The notes under the pieces were generated by a model that was not told where the DNA came from, ran no database searches, and was given only the letters and a program-made list of their open reading frames with translations. From Oikopleura dioica (taxonomy: Eukaryota > Animalia > Chordata): a stretch of 64,000 bases of DNA. How positions within the stretch are numbered: position 1 is the stretch's first letter; the number at the start of each line of letters is the position of its first letter. The stretch is from contig OU015566.1 of the NCBI GenBank assembly GCA_907165135.1, forward strand, positions 9,362,001-9,426,000, read 5' to 3'. This document shows positions 24,197 through 34,609 of the stretch, one piece after another. The position numbers were made by a program, and so were the translations under genes.

Positions 24197-27100
24197 ATGG
24201 GTGCAAAGAAATCTAAATTGAGCAAGAAGAAAATCGAAGACCTCAGTAACAAAACTAAATGTAAGAAAAGAGATAGTATAACCCAATAATATACTGGATA
24301 TTATTTGTAACTATACGCGATAATCATCTTTTCCGATTAAATCATTAATAAATACGCTTAACAGAAGAGATTCGCTAAATATGGATGGCAGCCCAATGAC
24401 ATGAACAGCGTGCTCTTTCTGTTACTAGATGGGCAACGCATGAAATGTCATTGAGCCAATTACAGGGCGTCAGAATAATTTCACGTCTCCTGAGTTTCTG
24501 TAATGAATCCAATAAAATGTTCAGTCACCGCTGCAGAAATCAAAAGCTGGTATTCTGGATTCCTCAAAGATTGTCCAAGTGGTCAGCTGAGTAAGGAAAG
24601 GTCAATCATTTGTTGAGACGAATTTATAAATAATTTTTGTTCCGAAATCAACGAAGACTGAGGATTTGATCTTTTTAAGGCTGAATTTACCGCAATTTAT
24701 CGACAGTTCTTCCCAAGTGGCGACTCTGGCACTTTCTCAAAGTAGGCTCATATTGTTTTAAGGCTTAATATAGATTTATATGGTCTCATAACAGGCAATA
24801 AATCATATGTTGCTCTAATTATATATGCGTCCTTGTGGTCACCTTTTGATAATTTCGCCTGAGAGGATCTGAACTTAATTGCAAAAAACATCAAAAATGA
24901 TATCGACTCGCTTCAATAAAAGCAGCCAAGGATTGACGTCTGAAAGCTATGATCGAAGTTGTTGAAGCCGGGATTGAAGTTGATGAAGCCGGGACTGACT
25001 GTGGAGAAGCCAATAAAAACAGTTTTATCGTCAATCATTGATTGACAATCAATCTAAATTAATTCGCATCGCCGTTAGCCAAAGGCGACTATTTTGTTTA
25101 TAATAGGATGATAAAAGGTATATCAATAGAGCCAGCATAAATATGCAGAAAAAACTGCACAAGAAAATGTCTTTTTTACTAAAATAAATTTATCAAAGAA
25201 GAGTTCCTAATTAGCAAAGGAAGATTTTTTGCATTCCTAGAGCGCGCTGCTCCTTAGCGCCCCCACAAGGCCGACCCTCAAGTCAATTTTTCCCCTGCTT
25301 CGAGATGTTACGTCATTCCGAGTAATAACCACACCGCAGGCTCAAGTGAAAGTGCGCCTGAATTTTTAGCGCACCGCCCCGCGAGTGAAATCGCAACGGT
25401 ATATGGCAGCTCCCGTTTCGCCCAAAATCCCGGATCGCCCACATCCCGGATCGCCCATTTTCCTTGATCGCCCATTGTGGGCAAAACGGGAAAATGTGCG
25501 GATCAGGAAAATGTGTGATTCAGGATTGGGCAGAACGGGATTTACAAAATTAGAAAAGGAGATTTTTATCCCTGAGTTTTATATCATTTCTTCTTTTCTT
25601 TTTTCAAATTTAATCATAACTCGGTCAAATCTACTTTGGGATGTCCGATTTCTAGGTAAACTTGATGAAAAATGAGCTCTTTTTTGAGCTTTCAACATAG
25701 AGAGTTTAATACATTTTTAGAATCCCCAGAAGCTGGGGATCATTTTGACTATTGATACTTGGGGCTTTGGTTCATGCCCTGAGGCGTTTTAGGCCTTCTA
25801 AAGTCCAAAAAATCCTGCAATCTCGGTGAAATGGCCATAATTTTTGTTCCCCCACTTTCTGATGATGCTCAGCATCTCAACTTGTAGCTGGGGTTCTGAC
25901 GGTTCAGAATCTGTGTAGAAATCTACCGGACACCCCCCCCCATTCTGGCGCTCCTAGAAGCTCTAGAAGTTAGGGAAGTTCACCGAAAATCGGTACTTTT
26001 CAACTGAAATGTTGTAAAAGGTGTAAATTTTTGTCCGAAATCGATCAAAACTCGATAAAATCGGCTTTCTGATGTCCAAAATATAGTTACAAGGCATCAG
26101 AAGTCACTTCAAGTCAAATTATGTGCAAAAAATTTCGTAAAAACTCACCCGAAGTACTCGATAATGACCCAAATATATTTTTGAGGTCACAAAAACGATT
26201 TTATTATTCCTAGATCGTTTTTGTACAGAAATATATCTGTTTTACCATATTTTAGTAAAAAGTACCGATTTTCGGTGGACTTCCCTAACTTCTAGAGCTT
26301 CTAGGAGCGCCAGAATGGGGTTGTCCGGTAGTTTTCTACACAGAATGACACTGAACCGTCAGAACCCCAGCTACAAGTTGAGATGCTGAGCATCATCAGA
26401 AAGAGGAGAACAAAAGTTATGGCCATTTCACCGAGATTGCAGGATTTTGGACTTTGGAAGGCCTAAAACGCCTCAGGGCATGAACCAAACCCCCAAGTAT
26501 CAATAGTCAAAATGGTCCCCAGCTTCTGGGGATTCTAAAAATGTATTAAACTCTCTATATTGAAAGCTCAAAAAGAGCTCATTTTTCATCAAGTTTACCT
26601 ACCGATTTCCAAAGCCGTCGGTTTTATTTTCGCAGGGATTAGCACGCGCAAGTATGAGATTCAACCCTTTTTGGAGGTGACAAATTGGAGGAGTAAAGAG
26701 GAGTTTTTGCAGCAGTTTCTAGTTAGAATTTCTAAACCACCTTCTTCCATTATCAAATTTCAAATTTACAATTGCAAATCCTGGTTTGCACACAAATCCC
26801 GTTCCGCACATTTTCCCGTTTTGCCCACAATGGGCGATCAAGGAAAATGGGCGATCCGGGATGTGGGCGATCCGGGATTTTGGGCAAAACAGGCGCTGCC
26901 AATATATATTTCCTATGAACAAGGTCTAATATATAATATAAGCAATAAAAGAACCTGTCTATTTCGATTGAGGTCGATAAAAGCCCATAAGTCTTAAGAA
27001 AAATATAATTCGTTGTAACTTGTGATTCTGTTTAGTCTGGTCTTTAACCTCTTCGATGCAAATGGAGATGGAACGATAGAGTTTGAAGAGTTTCTTACGG

Positions 27101-27968
27101 CTTTGTCAGTAACTTCCCGCGGCAATCCAGAAGACAAGCTAGAATGTAAGCAATGAGTAAGACAATTTCCAAGTTGATCCGATGCTCGAAATAAGCCGTT
27201 GATCGAGAGAGACTTATCGATCCAAGTTTTCAATGATCGTAATTAACAAATTCAATGTGGCCCTTTTTATCGCCAAAGAGCCTCCAATATTTAATTTTGA
27301 TTCACTTTCGACGAAAAAGATCGCCGCAGATGATCGCTCTCTAAGCTTGAATCGCCATAAAGTCGACAGTTCTGACACATCTGCAGTGTTAGATTAGTGT
27401 TTACCGTAATATCGCGGTGTATGTTTCTTTTTACTGAATTCGCTTATAAGGACATTGATCCTATCTTATCTAAATAAGCTTCCAGAAAGAATTGATCATT
27501 TTCAGGGGCGTTCAAATTATACGATCTTGATGGAGACGGTACCATTTCCAAGCCAGAAATGCTGAAAATCGTGAAAGCAATTTCCACCATGACGGGACAA
27601 AGTGACGACACATTCAAGCCCGCGGAGCGCGTTGAGAAGATTTTCGCTACCATGGACGAGGTAAGACCTTAAGTCCCTCTACGAAAGGGATGTGGCGCCG
27701 AATTAGAGTGGATGATGCACTTTTTGAATAAATCGCGGATAAGCCTAATTGTATCCGTTGTGTCCCAGATAGAAAGGCGGTTATTAAAGAATGTTCACTG
27801 TATAAAAACGAATTTCAGGATGGAAACGGCGAGCTAACCAAGGCCGAATTTCTTGAGGGTGCGAGAAGAGATCGGAGCATCATGCAAGGTACTCGATTTT
27901 TGTCCTATAACTGTCTTATCCAACAAATTTAAGCCTTGACAATGGACGCTGGTGGAGGTGTCGCATAG
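24197..27968 (+). CDS. Neuronal calcium sensor family EF-hand protein (NCS-1/neurocalcin-like), 7 exons
   Basis: [16 protein letters not shown] (N-myristoylation Gly), [74 protein letters not shown]. Confidence 0.92.
25404..26901. mobile_element. Non-autonomous TIR element in NCS intron 3 (host of a nested hAT-like element)
   Basis: ~95-bp TIRs (tggcagc..gcccaaaatcccggatcgccc...aaatgtgcgga) containing gatcgccc repeats. Apparent 3-bp flanking repeat ata. Confidence 0.75.
25653..26601. mobile_element. hAT-like non-autonomous element with ~350-bp TIRs
   Basis: ccgatttc|taggtaaacttgatg ... catcaagtttaccta|ccgatttc: 8-bp TSD and TAG termini. Confidence 0.92.
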
Positions 27969-30664
27969 TAGAATCCCGAAAAGAGAATACGAAAAGAGCA
28001 AAAAACAGAATACATCATTTTCATGATTTCTTTGCTTTATTTGTCTGTATTTCGCTTTTTAATATTTTTACATTTCTTTTTGATCTTCCGAAAATTATTC
28101 AGTATCTTGTCATTAATAATAAACATAAGAAAATAATCCAAGAGAGTTTAGTCCAGGCGCAGTTTGAGGCGAAGGAAGATGCTTGAGAAAATACAGTAGT
28201 TGATGTTGCGACAGTTGTCACGTCTGAGAATAAAGGGATGAAAATGGATTCCTTCTAATATAAAGGTGAATTTTTGATCCCATGACTGAGGAGTTAGATC
28301 CGTTCTCGTTTGGAAAAGTCTTCTTTGATCTTACCAGTGGTTGAACTGTGACATCTTTCAAGGGTTGGAATAAGAGAGGCAAATATACATGCTAAATTAT
28401 TCTTGATAAAAACCTCGATGAACCCTTTTGCTTTCGTAGGAGTTAAAAAATGAATCAACTTATCCAGAGGAAATTATCTTTTAATCTTTTCAACTCAACC
28501 TTCAAGTGTTTGGTCTTTTTTTTGGGATTGACCCTCCATCGGCTGGTCTTGTTCTTGGCTCACAGAGGGAGCAGGGGAAGAGCTGGGCAAGACCATCGAG
28601 CAGGAACATTGACATCGTCTTAAAGATTCAATGTTTTTGCATATTTGAGCATAAGCAAAAAAGGGCTTTCAAAAGGTTCGACAAATTATTAAGCAGCTAC
28701 TGTATCATACACGTTACTTATTTCTTAAACTCTACTGTAGAAATTCTCCGGAAGCCTTTTTTTAATAGAGAATACTGGTCTCTTAAAATTTTAACACTAA
28801 ATAAACACGGTATAAATCTTAATTTACTTACTCGAGATGACATTGTTGGCAAACACAGAGGCATGATTCTTCATCATCATTATACGGACAAGCAATGACT
28901 TTGCACTTTGATAGGGTCAAAATAACAATCAAATTCTAAGTTAGAATTATATTAGAGAAACATCAACAGGCTAGTGTTGTTGCTCTTTATAAATTTCAGC
29001 GTTGACCCTTGTTGTCGAAATGCACTTGGAGGCGTAACGCTCGAGGAATTGATCTCTTGAGAGTACTTCGCTCTGGAGACTGCCCGGCAATCTTAAGGTC
29101 GTTGGCTCATCAGAAACACTCATTAACCTTATTCAAGGAGAAAATGGCGAAGCAAAAAAAAGAAGATTGACAAGTTCTGCTGGTCTACGGATAAACTGGC
29201 ATATGATAACATCATTTGCAACGCGCGGCTGCAAAATCAATGACTTCAGCAATAAACAATATCTGCTCGATGTTGGCTTTCACTGTCAATTTAAGAGATG
29301 CTACAGTCAGTAGCCTACAGTATTTTCAAGCACATCAACAAATCTGAATTGCAAATGTGCTTCGTGTAAATTTTGGAGTGTTGCTGAGAAACACTACTTG
29401 GCCGTTTTGGATGACATGATGAATATTAAATAAATTCAGTTCAATGTTAAATTCGACTCCGATTTCCCGTATTATAAAAAAGCGTGAAAATTGAACTACA
29501 GTCAACTCGCACGATTTGGCCCTATTTTGTCTTTCCGATTTCTCAAAAAAGGCCAAATTATGCGGGTTGAAAAAATCGTAACATAATGCATATTATGCAT
29601 TGCATAATATATTCTTTGAAAATGTTTTCATTTACTTACGATAAATTAACAGCCAACGTCTTTGCAAGAAGTGATTTCATAAAACCATGCTCTTTATTCT
29701 GTCTTCCTTTAGAAAAAAAAACTGGAATCAGAGTTGCTTCATTATATCAGTTGTATCTTGCAACTGGTAGAGCGAAGTCCTGCTATCCAATATTAACCGA
29801 ATGAAATATTCAGCTGCTGAGAATCAGAGCACATGCGATAATTTCTAGCGCTCTGCAGTCGTGCTAATACTAAATAAGACTGCTAAAATTAAGTTTTCAT
29901 TTAGGTAAGTATCTTATTAGCAACGGTCTTAAAAATTTAAGAACTGCAAATGTCTCAATTTTTTCAAAATAATCAACGATGGAAAACCAGTTTTCCCAGG
30001 CACAATGATCAAGAATTAAGCGGGCTAGGTTTAGGGTTAGGGATAATTTTCTATTCCTTGATCAAGATAGTCTTTTCGATTTCCAGTATCGAAACCGGCT
30101 CAAACATTTTCTGTGTTACATTGACAAGTTTTTGGTTTGAAATTGTACCATCTGAAATTGCAAATTCATGATTTTTGAGAAACTTTCCAATCGTATAAGG
30201 AGAATAATTCGCCACTGAATAAAATATGCAGGTCAAGATAAACCCGGGAGATCATTTCGGAAGATCGTAGAAGTCTTTTGAATAAACAAATGCCAGTTAG
30301 AGCCCCCTCAATTAGCGGCTGTTAATATTCACAGAGCGAGTACTGGAAGTACTGCAACTGCGTCTAATTAAACATTTTACTCTACATCCTGGAATGAAAG
30401 TGATTTTTCTATACTGCGATTTCTACGTTTGTTGCTGCGTGATATGCATATTCTGAGCGTTGCGAAAGCAATCAAGATGTAAACATGTGGTTGACAAACT
30501 CACGTATAAAAATAACGGTTAATATTCATTTGACTTGAGACACGGTCGTTCAGGTTCATCTTTAGTCAACATTCGTTGGTTCTGGAACTTTTTCGGGTTT
30601 TATTGAGGAAGATCCATTCTTTAGTCAGGGGCTGAGCAGTTTTAGTTTATGAGAGATGATGACT

Positions 30665-31656
30665 TTAAATAACAGCTTCATTAGGTGATGGACATGAGTT
30701 TTGTTGAGGAAAAGAAGGCAGGGATACAGTAGAAAAAGCAGTATAAGTTTTGTTATTGTTCTCATCTGTCGACGGAAGACGAGATAGTGCGTGCTTTGCT
30801 TTGAGTTTGAAGTTTTCTTCTTTGAACTGAGCATTTTGGGCAGCAAGGAGCTCGTTGCGCTCTAGAATTCAATAAATATCTATCGTCTGAGGCGGTCTTA
30901 CCTTCCAGTTTTTTCATATGGGCTTGGTATTGCCCCATTTTGGAAATGCACGCTTCAAGTCGGGCAATACTTTTATCTTCCTGGTCAGTGAGGCTGTGAT
31001 TTGTCATTGCTTCTTTAGCTTTTTCCTGGCTGAAATGTGATTTTGCTTGGTCCCGGTCCAGCGATGGAGATTCCACCAGCTTCGATCGAAAATTATCACA
31101 GCTCGGGCGGACGCGGTGGGAGCCATCCCATTTAAAATTCAACAGTCGAAACATCTAAATTTGGTAGAGCAAGTTATCTGACAATGAGTTGAACCAAACG
31201 GATGGCGAAAGTGAATGGTGTCACAGTTGATTACAGAGTTCAACTAGTGAACCGGTCAATAGAGAGGGCAAAATGTTCTCAAGACAGGATAGCTTACACT
31301 TCGAAGTCGATCGGGTCCAAGGCTTTGTACACGCGGTCTTTCAAACTTGCCAACAGGCTTCAGAAATCAGAATAAATATCCAACGTACCCCAATATTACT
31401 TCAACAGAAACCAAAATTATCAACAGCTTCAAAATAAGCCTGTCATATTGTAACTGTAGCGAACGATAAACGTGATTGGTAAGTGATTCTACAGTGATTT
31501 CTTCGATTTCAGTGCATATAAGTTCGTTTCCAATATCTCACATATGCAGAACACATGTATAAATTAATATAACCGAAGTTTTAATAAAGCAGACTACGAC
31601 TTTTCGACAGTTACTGACTGATTCTTCTGTGCCAGATTGAAGTTGCTCTTCAAACA
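30665..31656 (-). CDS. Unknown coiled-coil protein (spliced)
   Basis: Exons encode ..IARLEACISKMGQYQAHMKKLE|ERNELLAAQNAQFKRENFKLK.. with heptad character. ATG MFEEQLQ at 31656. Internal exons only partly resolved. Confidence 0.4.
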
Positions 31657-31828
31657 TTGTACTCTTACAGTAATATGAGTATAAGTAAAGAATCGGAAAG
31701 AGGAGAAAAACACATAGGAAGGAGTTTATTTTTCAAGCTATAATTGATTTATTCTAAAATGATGATGATTATCACAGAGAGCGGGATAAATGAATGATAG
31801 TGGGGTGGTAGTTCGGTTCAAGTTTGGT

Positions 31829-32638
31829 TCAGTCGGAATTGAATAGCCAAAAAAGGCTCTTTCTGAAGCCGTCCCCGCACTCCTCCGCCAGCGAGAGGAT
31901 CTGCTCGCGTCGGTTCTCGTTTCGATAGTGTTTCTCCGTCGATTTGTTTTTCCATTGCTTGACGCAGAGGTGAAGAACGCGGATCTGCCCGGAAAGGATT
32001 TCGAGGCCGAGGGTATCTGAAGGATAACTGTAACTCGAGTCGATGACAATTAAGTGCGCGAGCAAGTATCTCAAGATATGGTCAATAATTTAAAGACTAA
32101 AGCTATGAAAAGTTGATGGGTTAAAGCCTTTAACTTAAAGGACCTTAAACTTTCAGGTTATGTAAGGTCAAGATGGTGAACTTACCGAGAGGTATCATTC
32201 TATTTTGATACTTCCGATCCCACTCTGTCATTTTCCCGTTCATCACTTCGGCGACGATGTCCTGTCCGACAGATTCTAACGGGACTAAAAAGAAGAGATA
32301 GAGCTCCAAGAAAGTTCTGAAAAGCATGGTACCTTGTCGAAAGAGCCCTTGGTAGGGGTTGTCGATTCTCCTCGCATTGCGCCACGCAACTTCGGAGTCG
32401 GGGTATTCGGGATCTTCGGCTAGCGGATCGAGGATCGGTGAAGGAATGCCAGCTGAGGTAGACGCGGAACAAGTTTTTTCGTATTGGCCGGATTTCTTCG
32501 ACGCCGCCTAGGGATGAAGATAAACCACTTTTACAGAATGTCATTTGATGAGAACAGTACCATTACTTCTAGAAACCATTCAAAACTATTGATGCTTGGG
32601 TCTTGATTATCGAAAAACTCTTGGAGGACGTTTTGCAT
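31829..32638 (-). CDS. MRPS15: Mitochondrial ribosomal protein S15-like (spliced)
   Basis: Spliced YQGLFRQVPLESVGQDIVAEVM...MIPLDTLGLEILSGQIRVL...RREQILSLAEECGDGFRKSLFWLF loosely resembles MRPS15 (YQNVPGIEKVDD..DTRSLEAQI..QRKKML..VFEKICWGL). Divergent. Confidence 0.45.
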
Positions 32639-32660
32639 GTGTTTCTTGATAAAATTGCCC

Positions 32661-33377
32661 CTAATAGCGATTGGCTTTTTTTATGAGATTTTCAGGAAGC
32701 TCTAGTGGCTTCGCGATTCTTCCTGAAGGATCAAATTCCCAATTTGTCTTTCCATCAGTGGATAATTGGACTTGCGGACCTGCTCGCAAGTGAGCCATCA
32801 TTCCTGGAGCTCTCTTGAACTTCTGGTACATGTCGTAGATTCCATTCATATAGTATGCTTCGCCGTCCTTTTTTGGGTCGAATCGGATCAGTGCCATCGT
32901 GTCGTCTCGTTTTTCCAGCGATGCAAAGTACTCTCGACCTTCTGGGCTCACTGCCCATCTGAGGAAGTCTCGCGAATCGGCGAAGAATCGCTTCTCGAGA
33001 CGCATGACACGTGACTGGACGGAGAGATCTTCCTTTTTCGCTGCTGCTTTTACTTGCGGACACCCAAATTTCGGAAGATGAGGCAGAAGGTGCGGAGGAG
33101 GACCTGTGTATGGAGGCAATTTTTTTGGATCAAAGATCGGTGTTGGATATTTATATAGTGGTGGCTTTTCAACTTTCTGGAGGGGAGGAAGCTCAGAGGA
33201 CGATTTTTTCGTCATTTTTTCTTGTTTCGCGTTTTTCTTCTTTTTCTTTTTGATTTCAAAAGCTGGCTTTGGTGTATTAGTAAGTCGTTCCAGCTCTCTC
33301 TTTGGCTCTTTCTGGTCTTTGGCTTGCTCTTCAAGAAACTTTTTTGCTTTGCTCTCGCTCTCTAGCAAAACGTCCAT
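32661..33377 (-). CDS. Unknown intronless Lys/Pro-rich protein (~238 aa)
   Basis: Long ORF 32661-33488 with the likely ATG at 33377. Biased codon usage. Ends 23 bp before the next gene. Confidence 0.7.
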   Translation of the reverse strand: MDVLLESESKAKKFLEEQAKDQKEPKRELERLTNTPKPAFEIKKKKKKNAKQEKMTKKSSSELPPLQKVEKPPLYKYPTPIFDPKKLPPYTGPPPHLLPHLPKFGCPQVKAAAKKEDLSVQSRVMRLEKRFFADSRDFLRWAVSPEGREYFASLEKRDDTMALIRFDPKKDGEAYYMNGIYDMYQKFKRAPGMMAHLRAGPQVQLSTDGKTNWEFDPSGRIAKPLELPENLIKKANRY

Positions 33378-33640
33378 ATTTAAAATTATTCTATCTCTAT
33401 TCCCGCTGTTTTCAAAATGAAAGACCGAATGAAATGAAAAAATGCAAAAAGCGAAAAATCTAGAGATATCGACATAGACCGCATTCAAGAAAAATCTTCA
33501 CCTTTTTTTGCTGCTCGCTGTGTTTTAGTTTTTCATCGCCATTTTCGAGGATGTTGAACTGTTGGGGAGGGTGGACTTCGCCGTTGACAGGTTTCTACGA
33601 GTAAAATTAGCTCTATAATTTGTAAATTTATCGTCTCGCG

Positions 33641-33747
33641 ACCTGTGTAGAAAACCTGAGTCGGGCCCTGATCAAGATTCAGAAGGCGCTCTAAAAGAAC
33701 CTAAATTCACGGCTTTTCGGGGCCTGACTAAGGTTTTCTACACAGGT
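33641..33747. mobile_element. Short MITE family copy 1
   Basis: Inverted repeat acctgtgtagaaaacct(g/t)agtc(g/a)ggccc. A related copy lies at 38511-38615. Confidence 0.6.
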
Positions 33748-33759
33748 TAGAGAGCACAG

Positions 33760-34349
33760 GATGAATTACCATAAGAATTTTTCGGGCAAAAAAATTTTTT
33801 TTGAGATATTGGTATATTCAGAATATAATATTCTGAAAGCCCGTAAAAAGTTATACAGAATCACCAAATTCTAGGGTCAGATGACGTCATTATGACGTCA
33901 TCGGGCTGATTTGAAAATTTTGTCTTTGGAACGCTTTTTCGAGCCGAAAACGTTTTTTAATTTTATTTTTCTCGACGGATTCGGATTTTCCATGAAAAAC
34001 TACGTAGGGACCCGGGATCAAACCATTGAATATCAACCATTACCGACCGGTTCAATTTTTGAAACCGGTCGGTTCGAAAAATAAACCTCGGGTCCCTACG
34101 TAGTTTTTGATGGCGAACAACATGCCATCAATAGAAAAATCTATTTCCAGCAAAAACAGCCTCAAAAAGCGTTCCAAAGTTTCATGAATTTGGAGCCTTT
34201 TCGGACATTTATTCATCATAAATGACGTCATAATGACGTCATTGAGCCCTAGAAATTTGGGAATCGACTAATTTTGACTTGGACTTTCAGAATATACCAA
34301 TATCTCAAAAAAAATTTTTTTGCCCGAAAAATTCTTATGGTAATTCATC
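33760..34349. mobile_element. 590-bp largely palindromic non-autonomous element
   Basis: TIR gatgaattaccataagaatttttcgggcaaaaa. Further mirrored blocks (atgacgtcattatgacgtcat; aaaaactacgtagggacccg) and a central hairpin. Flanking repeat acag (4 bp) or cacagg (6 bp). Confidence 0.8.
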
Positions 34350-34609
34350 ACAGGTTCTGGCCTTACCATACGGGCTTTCCCTTTCTTCTGCTTCTGCCCA
34401 TTGTGCTGCACAGGTGGTACTTCAGGCTCTAATCGACTCTGCTGATTCGCAACGCTCATTCCTGAGAACAACAAAACTTGACACATTTCGACATACAATT
34501 TTCAATATTGAACGGTTTTGAAGAGGGCTTTTTAATTTTGACTTTGTCAGGCAGCATAAGATGATAACTGAACTAGTTTCAATTTTGAACAGACAGGAAA
34601 GTAATTAGG

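Noticed and set aside
28140-29110. Possible minus-strand gene downstream of the NCS gene
   Set aside because: Several open stretches, but no consistent exon chain or motif could be supported.
30025-30042. TTAGGG telomere-like repeats
   Set aside because: Only two perfect units plus one degenerate; expected by chance.
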